A stretch of 64,000 nucleotides of DNA from an uncultured Clostridia bacterium (GCA_944391865.1 CALXVD010000001.1:26500-90499); one strand, 5' to 3'. Counted from the first letter of the stretch, positions 43,274-52,692 are shown. The notes: a model not told the origin generated them from the sequence alone. Translations and numbers: made by a program.

Positions 43274-44221
43274 ATGAAAGATATTAAAGTTTTTGCCTGC
43301 AATTCTGCAGAAGATTTTACAAAAGAGATTTGTGATAATTTAGGAATCGAAATGGGAAAGAAGGACTCATTTAAATTTGCAAATGATAATAATTTTGTAC
43401 AATTAAAAGAAACTGTAAGAGAGCAAGATGTTTATATTGTTCAAACAACCCAGCCACCAGTAAATGAAAGAATAATGGAGTTATTAATAACTATTGAAGC
43501 AGCAAAAAGAGCTGGAGCCAGAAGAATAACAGCAGTTTTACCATATTTTATGTACTCAAGATCAGATAAAAAGGACCAATCTAGAGTTCCAGTAACAGCA
43601 AAACTAATGGCAACATTATTGGAAGCTGCAGGAGTAAATCATGTACTTACATGTGACTTGCATAACCCAGCAATCCAGGCATATTTTAATATAATATGCG
43701 ACAGAGTAACAGCAAAACATTTGTTAGAGAAATATTTCGAAAGTAAACAATTAAAAGATATGGTTGTAGTTGCAACAGATGCAGGAAGCTCAAAAAAAGC
43801 ATATAAATATTCTAAATTTTTTGAATGTCCACTTGCATTAATAGATAAGAGAAGAGAATCAAATAATGATAATGCTGTTGCAACAAATATTATAGGAGAT
43901 ATCGAAGGAAAAACAGCAGTTATATTTGATGATGAAGTAAGTACAGCAGGAACTTTAGTAGAAGCAGCACATATTTTAGAAGCACATGGAGCAAAAGAAA
44001 TTTATGCAGGAGCAACACATGGAGTTTTAGTAGGACCTGCAATTGAGAGAATAGAAAAATCACCAATTAAAGAATTAGTAGTAACAAATACTATTCCGAT
44101 AGAACCAGAAAAAATGATAGATAAAATAAAAGTAGTTTCAATAGCACCGCTATTTGCAGAAGCAATAAAAAGATTAAACGAAGCAAAACCACTAGGAGAT
44201 TTATTTGAATATGATAAATAG
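43274..44221 (+). CDS. prs: Ribose-phosphate pyrophosphokinase (PRPP synthetase)
   Basis: YIVQT, YFMYSRSDKK, DLHNPAIQAYF, PRPP loop VIFDDEVSTAGTL. 315 aa. Confidence 0.9.
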   Translation: MKDIKVFACNSAEDFTKEICDNLGIEMGKKDSFKFANDNNFVQLKETVREQDVYIVQTTQPPVNERIMELLITIEAAKRAGARRITAVLPYFMYSRSDKKDQSRVPVTAKLMATLLEAAGVNHVLTCDLHNPAIQAYFNIICDRVTAKHLLEKYFESKQLKDMVVVATDAGSSKKAYKYSKFFECPLALIDKRRESNNDNAVATNIIGDIEGKTAVIFDDEVSTAGTLVEAAHILEAHGAKEIYAGATHGVLVGPAIERIEKSPIKELVVTNTIPIEPEKMIDKIKVVSIAPLFAEAIKRLNEAKPLGDLFEYDK

Positions 44222-44293
44222 TATTGACATATAATTTAATATAAGCTATTCTAAATATAGCTTAAGCAACAAAAAGTTATTCGAGTTATGTAA

Positions 44294-44325
44294 AAATGCT
44301 AGGAGTGCAAGTCCTAGCATTTTCC
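44294..44325 (+). terminator. Rho-independent terminator of prs
   Basis: aatgctagga-gtgcaa-gtcctagcatt + T-rich tail. Confidence 0.7.
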
Positions 44326-44343
44326 TTTTAGTTTTTATCAAAT

Positions 44344-44477
44344 AAATTGTAATTTATATGAGAAGTGAGAAGTGGGATGTGGGAAGTGTGAAACTAGGGG
44401 AAGCCTTACGTAGCCTATCCCTAAAAAGCACACCTCGCACTTCGCACCTCACACATCACAACAACAAATTACATTTT
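44344..44477 (+). repeat. MITE-like palindromic repeat, copy G
   Basis: gagaagtgagaagtgggatgtgggaagtgtgaaactaggggaagcct...cacacctcgcacttcgcacctcacacatcaca. Confidence 0.85.
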
Positions 44478-44530
44478 ATACGGCAGAATAAATGTAAATA
44501 TCTTCCAAATACCATAATGTAAAAATACCG

Positions 44531-44559
44531 TTGACAATTAGTTGATTTTACGATATAAT
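44531..44559 (+). promoter_or_regulatory. Sigma-A-type promoter candidate for rpsU
   Basis: TTGACA (44531) - 17 nt - TATAAT (44554). Confidence 0.6.
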
Positions 44560-44620
44560 ATTAAAAGTTTAAAATCCCACATAAATGTAGAGATAGCAGT
44601 AGTGAGGGGAGGGGAATTAA

Positions 44621-44791
44621 GTGGCAGAGATAAAAGTTAATAATGGTAATATAGAAGATGCATTAAAAAGATTTAAAAGACAATGCGTTAGGAATGGAGT
44701 ATTACAAGAGGTTAGAAAAAGAGAACACTATGAAAAACCTAGCGTAAGAAGAAAGAAAAAATCAGAAGCAGCAAGAAAAAGAAAATTTTAA
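44621..44791 (+). CDS. rpsU: 30S ribosomal protein S21 (below the ORF-track length cut-off)
   Basis: GTG start after the gagggga RBS. My translation: (M)[55 protein letters not shown]. Confidence 0.85.
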   Translation: MAEIKVNNGNIEDALKRFKRQCVRNGVLQEVRKREHYEKPSVRRKKKSEAARKRKF

Positions 44792-44884
44792 AATAGAAAT
44801 TAGAGGTGAGAGGTTAGTAGTATATTTTGACTTTTCACCTTTTTTGTTGGAATTTATATAAAATTTTTAAAGGAGGAAATAAAT

Positions 44885-45325
44885 ATGTTAAAAGAAAGAT
44901 TATTAGAAGACCTTAAAGAGGCAATGAAAGAAAAGCAAATATTAAAAAAGAATGTCATTCAAATGATTAGAGCTGCAATACTTCAAGTCGAAAAGGATAA
45001 GCAAATAGAACTAGATGATAAACAAATAATGGATATTATAGCGAAAGAATCTAAAAAAAGAAAAGATTCACTAGAAGATTATGAAAAAAGTGGAAGAGAA
45101 GATTTAATAAACCAAGTAAAAGAAGAAATAGAAATTATATCAGAATATTTACCAAAACAATTAACTAAAGACGAAATAAAAGAAATAGTAAAACAAATTA
45201 TCAAAGAAGTAGAAGCAACATCTATAAAAGATATGGGAAAAGTTATGAAAGCATCAAAAGAAAAAATGGGTGCCTCAGCAGATGGAAAAACAATTAACGA
45301 AATAGTAAAAGAAATGTTAAATTAA
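44885..45325 (+). CDS. GatB/YqeY-domain protein
   Basis: MLKERLLEDLKEAMKEKQILKKNVIQMIRAAI...SEYLPKQL...MGKVMK pattern typical of YqeY. Located downstream of rpsU. Confidence 0.8.
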   Translation: MLKERLLEDLKEAMKEKQILKKNVIQMIRAAILQVEKDKQIELDDKQIMDIIAKESKKRKDSLEDYEKSGREDLINQVKEEIEIISEYLPKQLTKDEIKEIVKQIIKEVEATSIKDMGKVMKASKEKMGASADGKTINEIVKEMLN

Positions 45326-45451
45326 ATTGGAAATTAGCGGTGAGATGTGTGAGGTGAGATGTGAGATTTTAGGGACACGCTTCGTAGGCTTTGCTCTAAT
45401 TTCACACTTCTCACATCCCACTTCTCACTTCTCAAAAACAATTTCTAATTT
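45325..45451 (-). repeat. MITE-like palindromic repeat, copy I (inverted orientation)
   Basis: aaattggaaattagcggtgagatgtgtgaggtgagatgtgagatttt...ttcacacttctcacatcccacttctcacttctc. Confidence 0.85.
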
Positions 45452-45519
45452 ATCATGCAAAGAATAAAAAATTATACATTAGGTAAAAATATAATAGATT
45501 ACAATTTAAGGAGGAAATA

Positions 45520-46791
45520 ATGTCTTACACAAATAAAGAAATTAAGCAAGGAATAAAATTGCATTTTATAGAAACAAATAAATTTAAAACAAATTTAATG
45601 GCAGTGTTTATTACATTACCGTTAAACAGAAAGACAGTTACTTTTAATAGTTTATTACCAGCAGTACTTAAAAGAGGAACGGCTACTATAAAAACCCAAG
45701 AAGAAATATCTGAAAAATTAGAAAATATGTATGGAGCAAGTTTCGATTGCGGTATAGAAAAAATAGGAGACAACCATGTATTAAAATTTTATTTGGAAGC
45801 ATTAAATGATAAATTTATACCAAAAAATATTAATAAAGATTTATTCAAAGAAAGTATAGAACTATTACTAGAAACAATTTTAAATCCGCTAACAGAAAAA
45901 AGCGGATTTAAGAAAGAATACGTAGAGGCCGAGAAAAATAATATAAAACTTTTAGTCGAATCAAAAATAGATAACAAAGACCAATACTCTTTTAACAGAT
46001 GTATAGAAGAGATGTATAAAGATAAACCTTATGGATTATATAAATATGGATATGTAGAAGACTTAAGCAAAATAGATGAGATTAATTTATATAAATACTA
46101 TCTTGAGGTAATAAACACAGGAAAAATAGATATATTTGTTTCGGGGGAATTAGAAGAAAAAAACGTTGAAAAAATCATTACTAATAATCAGAATATTAGA
46201 AAATTAAAAGAAAGAGAATTTAAGAATCTACAAAGCAATACTTTGCAAGAAAATAAAGAAGAAAATGTAGTACAAGAAAAAATGGATATCTCACAAGGAA
46301 AATTGGTATTAGGATTAGATGTTTTAGAAGGTGATTGCAATAAAAAATTTGCAGTATCGTTATATAATGTTATTTTAGGAGAAAGTGCAACATCTAAGTT
46401 GTTTCAAAATGTTAGAGAAAAAGCAAGTTTGGCATACACTGCAAGATCAAATTATATAAAACAAAAAAATAATATATATATAAGATGTGGAATAGAAATA
46501 GATAACTATGAAAAAGCTTTAAAAATTATAAGAGAGCAATTAGACGAAATGAAACAAGGAAAATTTACAGAGGAAGACTTAGAAAACGGAAAAAAATATA
46601 TAATCTCAGGAATACAATCAATTCAAGATGAGCAGGATTCTGAAATAATATACTACATTGGACAAGAATTATCAGAAAAACAAATAAGTTTCGAAGAATA
46701 TATAGAAAAAATAAATAAAGTAACAATGGAAGATGTAAAAGATGTAGCTAATAAAATAAATATAAATACAATTTATTTTTTGAGAAATTAG
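45520..46791 (+). CDS. M16-family peptidase-like protein lacking the HxxEH motif (non-catalytic partner)
   Basis: Insulinase-like architecture, 423 aa. No HxxEH seen. Paired with the downstream M16 gene. Confidence 0.65.
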   Translation: MSYTNKEIKQGIKLHFIETNKFKTNLMAVFITLPLNRKTVTFNSLLPAVLKRGTATIKTQEEISEKLENMYGASFDCGIEKIGDNHVLKFYLEALNDKFIPKNINKDLFKESIELLLETILNPLTEKSGFKKEYVEAEKNNIKLLVESKIDNKDQYSFNRCIEEMYKDKPYGLYKYGYVEDLSKIDEINLYKYYLEVINTGKIDIFVSGELEEKNVEKIITNNQNIRKLKEREFKNLQSNTLQENKEENVVQEKMDISQGKLVLGLDVLEGDCNKKFAVSLYNVILGESATSKLFQNVREKASLAYTARSNYIKQKNNIYIRCGIEIDNYEKALKIIREQLDEMKQGKFTEEDLENGKKYIISGIQSIQDEQDSEIIYYIGQELSEKQISFEEYIEKINKVTMEDVKDVANKININTIYFLRN

Positions 46792-46828
46792 GTAAACTGG
46801 AGTTTGAATGTGTAAAATTATTGCAAAC

Positions 46829-46908
46829 ATTGTAGGGGTCGCCGCCCACGGCGACCCGCATATAAATATTTAAGGGTCGCCTAGGGGTGCGACCCCTACA
46901 GATTAAAA
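46829..46908. repeat. Inverted pair of GTAGGG hairpin units
   Basis: tgtaggggtcgccgcccacggcgacccgc ... gggtcgcctaggggtgcgacccctaca. Confidence 0.8.
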
Positions 46909-46956
46909 AAATAATTTTAATAAAACAAATTACAATTTAATAAAAAGGAGAACAAA

Positions 46957-48252
46957 ATGCAAGTTATAGAAAATTTAAATGTAAAAGAAAAGCTATATGT
47001 AGAAAAATTAGACAATGGCTTAACAGTAATGGTAATTCCTAAAAAAGGAATAAGAAAAAAATATGTAATTTGGGCAACACATTATGGTTCAATATATAAC
47101 AAATTTATAATTCCAGGAGAAAAAGAAGTAACAGAAGTTCCAGATGGCGTGGCACATTTTTTAGAGCATAAAATGTTTGAACAAAAAAATGGAACAAATA
47201 GTTTAGATACTTTAACTGCATTAGGAGTTAATGCTAATGCCTATACAACAACTAACCACACAGCATATTTATTTGAAGCAACAGATAATTTTTATCCAGC
47301 ATTAGATGAACTAATGGATTATGTACAAAATCCATATTTTACAGATGAAAATGTAGAAAAAGAAAAAGGAATAATTGGCCAAGAAATAAATATGTATGAC
47401 GACTACCCAGAATGGGCAGTATATATGAATGCAATAAGATGCATGTATAAGAATAACCCAATTAAAATAGATATAGCAGGAACTGTAGAGTCAATATCTA
47501 AAATAGATAAAGATGTGTTGTATAAATGTTATAATACATTTTACAATCCATCAAATATGGTTATGTGCTTTTCAGGAGATTTTGAGCCAGAAAAACTAAT
47601 TGAGGAAGTAAAGAAAAGATTAATAAAAAAACCAGAGCAAGGAACAATAAAAAGAATGTTTGAAGAAGAGCCAAAAGAAATTGTTAAAAAGAAAGCAGAA
47701 GTTAGTATGGAAGTTAGTATGCCTTTATTTGTAATTGGTATAAAAGATGAAAACTTAGCACAAACTTCTGCAATAGACAAAAAAGATTATATAATAAAAA
47801 AACATATAGCTATCGAAATATTATTAAATATGATTATAGGTAAAAGTTCGAAACTATATAAAGAATTATATGAAAATGAACTTCTAAACTCAGAACCATA
47901 TTTAGAATATGAATTTGAAGAAAACTATGCACATATAGCTATAACAGGTGTGTCAAAAGAACCAGAAACTATATTAAATAAAATTAATGAAGAAATAGAA
48001 AGAATAAAAAAAGAAGGAATAGAAAAAGAACACTTCGAAAGAATTAAAAATATGTTATATGGTACAGCGGTGAAAGAATTTAACAATGTGTCAGATATAG
48101 TAAGAATGTTTGTATCAGACTATTTCAAGGGGATAAATAGCTTTGACTACTTAGAAAATTATGAGCAAATAAAGCCAGAATTTGCAATGCAAATCCTAAA
48201 TGATGTATTTGACAAAAATAAAACTGTAATATCAATAGTAAAGAATAAATAA
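46957..48252 (+). CDS. M16-family zinc peptidase
   Basis: GVAHFLEHKMFE (HxxEH zinc motif), 431 aa insulinase-like. Confidence 0.8.
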   Translation: MQVIENLNVKEKLYVEKLDNGLTVMVIPKKGIRKKYVIWATHYGSIYNKFIIPGEKEVTEVPDGVAHFLEHKMFEQKNGTNSLDTLTALGVNANAYTTTNHTAYLFEATDNFYPALDELMDYVQNPYFTDENVEKEKGIIGQEINMYDDYPEWAVYMNAIRCMYKNNPIKIDIAGTVESISKIDKDVLYKCYNTFYNPSNMVMCFSGDFEPEKLIEEVKKRLIKKPEQGTIKRMFEEEPKEIVKKKAEVSMEVSMPLFVIGIKDENLAQTSAIDKKDYIIKKHIAIEILLNMIIGKSSKLYKELYENELLNSEPYLEYEFEENYAHIAITGVSKEPETILNKINEEIERIKKEGIEKEHFERIKNMLYGTAVKEFNNVSDIVRMFVSDYFKGINSFDYLENYEQIKPEFAMQILNDVFDKNKTVISIVKNK

Positions 48253-48263
48253 GAGGAATATTT

Positions 48264-49044
48264 ATGCACACAATCACATTTCCGTTATTTAATTTAAAAT
48301 TAGAAATATCAAGAATAGCATTTACAATAGGTGGAGTTTCTATCTATTGGTATGCTATTTTTATTATTTTTGCTTTTATACTTGCATTAATAATATTTAA
48401 AATTAGAGACGGAAAATTTGGTATTAAATTCTCTGATATTCTAGATTTGAGTATATATTTAATACCAATAACAATTCTTTCTGCAAGGTTATATTATGTT
48501 ATATTCAATGCAAAATATTATTTATCAAATCCTATTCAAATTTTAAACTTCAGAAATGGAGGACTAGCAATATATGGAGGAATCATAGGTGGAGCAATTA
48601 CATGTTACATATTTTGTAAGAAAAGAAAAATAAATTTATTAGATTTATTAGATTTTATAGCACCATGCCTTGCGCTTCGGACAATCTATAGGAAGGTGGG
48701 GAAATTTTGTAAATCAAGAGGCATATGGAAGAGCTACAAATCTTCCATGGAGGATGGGTATAATTGAAGAAGGAAAATATTTGGAAGTACACCCAACATT
48801 CTTATATGAATCAATAGCAACATTTTTAATTTTTATATTTTTAATAGCAATATCTAAAAAAAGAAAATATAAAGGACAAATAACACTTATGTATTTAGTT
48901 TTATATTCATTTGCAAGAATGATAATAGAAGGCTTAAGAACAGATAGTTTAATGTTAGGAGATATAAGAATATCACAAATACTTTCTTTAATAATATTTT
49001 TAATTTCTAGTATTGTATTAATAAAAAATGTGAAACAAAATTGA
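48264..49044 (+). CDS. lgt: Prolipoprotein diacylglyceryl transferase, requires a +1 shift at CGG 48678
   Basis: YWYAIFIIFAF, GLAIYGGIIGG in the first ORF. After APCLAL and CGG, the +1 frame reads GQSIGRWGNFVNQEAYG...HPTFLYES (family motifs). Restored length 259 aa. Confidence 0.85.
48678..48681 (+). other. In-frame CGG, putative +1 recoding site (CTT CGG A)
   Basis: 0-frame reads RTIYRKVGKFCKSR. The +1 frame restores LGQSIGRWGNF. Confidence 0.65.
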
Positions 49045-49148
49045 AAAAAATATAAAAAAAGTTTCACATTTCTGGATTTTATGCTAAAATAGAATGTGAA
49101 ACAAAAAGATAAAAAAGCACAAAAAAAGTTCCACATTTTTAAGGAGGA
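49026..49148. promoter_or_regulatory. Two inverted-repeat pairs of the motif AATGTGAAAC (terminator and/or operator)
   Basis: aaatgtgaaac (49026) / gtttcacattt (49061), and gaatgtgaaac (49092) / gttccacattt (49138), spanning the lgt stop and the upstream region of the Fic-like gene. Confidence 0.4.
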
Positions 49149-49152
49149 TAAA

Positions 49153-50085
49153 ATGGAAGAAAAAATTGAAATAGCAAATCTTGTTCAAAAAAAGCAAAAC
49201 CTTGAGAATAGATTACAATCGCTAATTTATGGTGCAGTAGAAATAAGGGAGAATAATTCAAATAAATATATATATGTACATTATAGAGAGAATGGAATAT
49301 CTTTAACTAAATATGTTGGAGAATATTCTGATGAATTATACAATTTAGTATTGAATAATAGCATAGAAGCAAAGAAAATAAAAAAGCAAATAAGGGATAT
49401 AATGAAGAAATTGAAACAATTAAATTATGTTGAAACAGAACTTTCTCAAGAAGTAGAACAAAACATAGATTTTGCGAAGAGAAATTTAGTAGATACTATT
49501 TATAAACAGGCTATATTAGAAGGAGTTGCAACTACATTTGCAGATACAGAAAGTATTATTGAAGGCGGAAAAGTAAATAATATGACATCTGAAGATGTTC
49601 TTAAGATATTAAATTTAAAGCATGCGTGGGAATTTATATTAAATAAAAACGTTATTTTAAGTGATAGTAACTTTACACTATTATGTGAAATAAACAAAAT
49701 AATAGAAGAGGGATTTTATTATACGGCAGGTAAGGTTAGGAATGTTCCCGTAAGTATAGGCGGAACAAAATGGAAACCAGCCTTGCCAATCGAGAGCATA
49801 ATAAAAGAGGAATTAGAAGAAATTATAAATAGTAAAATGGAAGATATAGATAAAGCTGTCGAACTTTTATTATATACAATGAAAAAGCAAGTGTTTATTG
49901 ATGGAAATAAAAGAAGCTCAGTAATATTTTGTAACCATTTTTTAATTTCAAGGGGAAAAGGAATATTAGCAATTCCTACAGAGCTCACAGAAGAATTTAA
50001 AAACTTGCTTATTTCATACTATGAGGGAAAAGACGAAAAGCAAATTAAGAAATTCTTAAAAGAAAAATGTTATATGCCTATATAA
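49153..50085 (+). CDS. Fic/Doc-family-like protein with a degenerate active-site motif
   Basis: KQVFIDGNKRSSVIFCNHFL resembles the Fic/Doc core H.F.(D/E)GN(G/K)R, but with Gln in place of His. aaggagg RBS before ATG 49153. Confidence 0.45.
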   Translation: MEEKIEIANLVQKKQNLENRLQSLIYGAVEIRENNSNKYIYVHYRENGISLTKYVGEYSDELYNLVLNNSIEAKKIKKQIRDIMKKLKQLNYVETELSQEVEQNIDFAKRNLVDTIYKQAILEGVATTFADTESIIEGGKVNNMTSEDVLKILNLKHAWEFILNKNVILSDSNFTLLCEINKIIEEGFYYTAGKVRNVPVSIGGTKWKPALPIESIIKEELEEIINSKMEDIDKAVELLLYTMKKQVFIDGNKRSSVIFCNHFLISRGKGILAIPTELTEEFKNLLISYYEGKDEKQIKKFLKEKCYMPI

Positions 50086-50100
50086 ATTCCTATATTTAAC

Positions 50101-50225
50101 ATTTAATTGAGATGTGAGAGGTACGAAGTGTGAGGTGTGCTTATTAGGGCTATGCATTTTTAGGCTTACCCTAATTTCCCACTTCTCACATCCCACTTCT
50201 CACTTCCCATTCAAATTCCAATTTG
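50101..50225 (-). repeat. MITE-like palindromic repeat, copy J (inverted orientation)
   Basis: gagatgtgagaggtacgaagtgtgaggtgtgctt...cccacttctcacatcccacttctcacttccc...caaattccaattt. Confidence 0.85.
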
Positions 50226-50425
50226 TCTTTTTTTAAAAATTCTTGGCATAACATAATAAAAAAACATATAAAACCCAAACAGATGTTATAAAAAAAAGAA
50301 ATTTGGCATATGAAAGTTGCCCTAAAAACAGCCTTTTTGCTGTTTTTTTATTGACCTAAATGTAAAAATATGGTATTTTATTAATATACTAAAGAAAAAA
50401 CCTGAAAAAAAGGAGTTGATTATCT

Positions 50426-50608
50426 ATGTTAGATGAAGAAATCCTAGAACTAAGACGAAAATTGAATGAAAGTATAACAAATGAAAAAAATTATGCCAAA
50501 ACATATAGATTAAGCATAGAATTAGATAAACTAATAGCAAAATATTATAATGAAAAACTAATGAAAAGAAATAATAAAAAAATTTATAAAAATATAGAGA
50601 GCAAATAA
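50426..50608 (+). CDS. Spo0E-family aspartyl-phosphate phosphatase-like protein
   Basis: EEILELRRKLNESI...YRLSIELDKLIAKYY matches the Spo0E helix-hairpin pattern. aaggag RBS. Confidence 0.6.
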   Translation: MLDEEILELRRKLNESITNEKNYAKTYRLSIELDKLIAKYYNEKLMKRNNKKIYKNIESK

Positions 50609-50719
50609 AGGTGCATATTTTATGCATCTTTATTTGTTTAAAATATGAATTTGATTTACTATAAAAATATTAAAAAACTATTTACAATATTTTATCTTTT
50701 TGCTAGAATAAAGAAAAGC

Positions 50720-50749
50720 TTGCTAAAAAATGTAGATGTATGTTATAAT
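50720..50749 (+). promoter_or_regulatory. Promoter candidate (extended -10) for the T4SS-like operon
   Basis: TTGCTA (50720) - 18 nt - TGT TATAAT (50744). Confidence 0.45.
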
Positions 50750-50781
50750 ATATAATATAAGAGTAGTATATAAATTGTTTA

Positions 50782-51198
50782 ATGGGAGCAAATATCCAAA
50801 TGAATATATTAAAAAAAGTAATTTTTATAATAATTTATATTATAGCATTTTTATTTATATTATATCCAAATTACGTTAGAGCTGGAGATAATGAGACTAC
50901 CATAATAGTAGACGATACTTTTGATCCAGGTTTATATAAGCCTAATCCAATACAAAGTGGAGGCGGGGGATATATAGAGGACTATGGAGAAAGAATGGCT
51001 GGATTTATTCAAATCGTAGGTACTATAGTTTCAGTTGGAACACTTATGGTTATAGGAATAAGGTATATGGTATGTAGTGTAGAAGAAAAAGCTGAGTATA
51101 AAGAAAGATTATTACCATATTTTATAGGTGCTATGTTAGTATTTGCAGCTTCAAATCTTGTTAATATTATTTATAAAATGTTTTATTATAACAACTAA
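50782..51198 (+). CDS. VirB2/TrbC-like T4SS pilin candidate, paralog 1
   Basis: Signal/TM + two hydrophobic helices. Conserved block IQIVGTIVSVGTLMVIGIRYMVCSVEEKAEYKERLLPYFIGAMLVFAASNL shared with paralog 3. Start may be ATG 50800. Confidence 0.5.
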   Translation: MGANIQMNILKKVIFIIIYIIAFLFILYPNYVRAGDNETTIIVDDTFDPGLYKPNPIQSGGGGYIEDYGERMAGFIQIVGTIVSVGTLMVIGIRYMVCSVEEKAEYKERLLPYFIGAMLVFAASNLVNIIYKMFYYNN

Positions 51199-51207
51199 GG
51201 ATAGGGG

Positions 51208-51723
51208 ATGAGCCAAATGAAAAAAAATTTTTTTTTAAAAATAATTATATTATTAATACTAATTATGTTTATATCAGTTTTTTTTGGTCCAAAACCTTCA
51301 ATGGCAATAGATAATATTTTTAAAGGTGGAAGTGAGTTTTTAGGGCATGGTGAGCCTGTTGGTTCAGTAATGAATACTACAGTACTAAAAAGTACTTCTG
51401 ATACTATCTATAATGTACTTCTTATAACGGGGATAATTATAGCAGTTATTGTAGCAATGATACTAGGTATACAGTTTATGCTTGCAAGTGCAAATGATAA
51501 AGCGAAATTAAAAGAAGCCATTATACCATTTGTAGTAGGTTGCATAGTAGTATTTGGGGCATTTACAATATGGAAAGTAACAGTCGAATTTGCTCAACAA
51601 AAAGGAGGTAAAGATGTAGTACTAGATGGATCACATTTAGATTCAAATGGAGTGTATACATGGGAAGGAGAAGAAGGAGATGGCATAATTCCGGCTGATC
51701 CGGATGAAAAACATGAATATTAA
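51208..51723 (+). CDS. VirB2/TrbC-like T4SS pilin candidate, paralog 2 (divergent, acidic C-terminal extension)
   Basis: Same topology. LLITGIIIAVIVAMILGIQFMLASANDKAKLKEAIIPFVVGCIVVFGAF. Confidence 0.45.
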   Translation: MSQMKKNFFLKIIILLILIMFISVFFGPKPSMAIDNIFKGGSEFLGHGEPVGSVMNTTVLKSTSDTIYNVLLITGIIIAVIVAMILGIQFMLASANDKAKLKEAIIPFVVGCIVVFGAFTIWKVTVEFAQQKGGKDVVLDGSHLDSNGVYTWEGEEGDGIIPADPDEKHEY

Positions 51724-51794
51724 AAAGTTATCAATGTTTTCTCAAAAAGTAAGAGAAAAAATATATATTAATAAAATGAGAAGGAGGAAAAAAT

Positions 51795-52145
51795 ATGAAA
51801 ACTAAAATTATCTCTACATTAGTAATAGCTATGTTGATTCTTATAATGATAGTACCAACCATTTTTGCTTTTACTCCAGGAGATGTTAATCCAAATATTA
51901 CTGGACCTGGAAGTAACTCAGTTAAAAGTTTGGGAAATCAAATAACAGGTATTATTCAAATTGTAGGTACAATTGTATCAGTAGCTATGTTGATTGTATT
52001 AGGTATCAAGTATATGATGGGAAGCGCAGAAGAAAAAGCAGAATACAAAAAAACATTATTCCCATACTTAATAGGTGCAGTATTAATATTCGCAGCATCT
52101 AACTTAGCAAAGATAATATACGATTGGGCAAGTACTGTAAAATAA
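51795..52145 (+). CDS. VirB2/TrbC-like T4SS pilin candidate, paralog 3
   Basis: GIIQIVGTIVSVAMLIVLGIKYMMGSAEEKAEYKKTLFPYLIGAVLIFAASNL. Confidence 0.5.
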   Translation: MKTKIISTLVIAMLILIMIVPTIFAFTPGDVNPNITGPGSNSVKSLGNQITGIIQIVGTIVSVAMLIVLGIKYMMGSAEEKAEYKKTLFPYLIGAVLIFAASNLAKIIYDWASTVK

Positions 52146-52150
52146 AAATT

Positions 52151-52185
52151 AAACGTCTCTTTACAAATAAGAGACGTTTTTTTTT
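52151..52185 (+). terminator. Rho-independent terminator / attenuator after the pilin genes
   Basis: aaacgtctct-ttacaaat-aagagacgttt + T9. Confidence 0.75.
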
Positions 52186-52341
52186 GCACGAAATTAAACT
52201 AGAAAATAAACAACTTTAATGTATTTTATTACAGGAATATTACATTTCTGTGAAAAATATATTTTTTTTGATAAAATATTACAATTACAATATATATTTG
52301 ATATAATATAATTATCAAATAGTGTACAAAGGAGGATAAAA

Positions 52342-52692
52342 ATGGCTACACATGAAATTCCAAGAGATTTAAAGGGAGAAGGAAGAATATTAAATATATT
52401 TTCAACAAAGGCTCTTATTTATACAGCAATAGGAATAGGAGTTGGCTCTATTTTTTATTTTATATTTTCTAGTATTTTAGGTTTAACATATGTTGGAGTA
52501 GGCTTAATGCTATTGGTTGGAGTAATAGGCTTTTGCATTGCAACATTTAAAATACCGGAATCTAATGCTTTGGAAATAACTAGAAAAGCAGGAGGAGAAA
52601 AAATAGATGAGGTTATACTAAGAGCAATTAAGTTTTATAAAAGAAAAAAGAGAATATACCTATACACTAATACTAAGGAGGTAAAAAAATAA
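52342..52692 (+). CDS. PrgI-family (VirB3-like) small T4SS membrane protein
   Basis: EIPRDLKGEGRILNIFSTKALIYTAIGIGVGSIFYF + second TM + basic tail. Sits upstream of VirB4, separated from it by ORF 52692..53897. Confidence 0.55.
   Translation: MATHEIPRDLKGEGRILNIFSTKALIYTAIGIGVGSIFYFIFSSILGLTYVGVGLMLLVGVIGFCIATFKIPESNALEITRKAGGEKIDEVILRAIKFYKRKKRIYLYTNTKEVKK

Noticed and set aside
13776-50225. CRISPR array
   Set aside because: The repeats are dispersed single palindromic units with internal heptamer periodicity. They are not direct repeats separated by unique spacers, and no cas genes are present.
50304-50320. Possible sigma-54 promoter (TGGCAT...TTGC) upstream of the Spo0E-like gene
   Set aside because: The GG-to-GC spacing is 14 nt rather than the 12 nt of the consensus.
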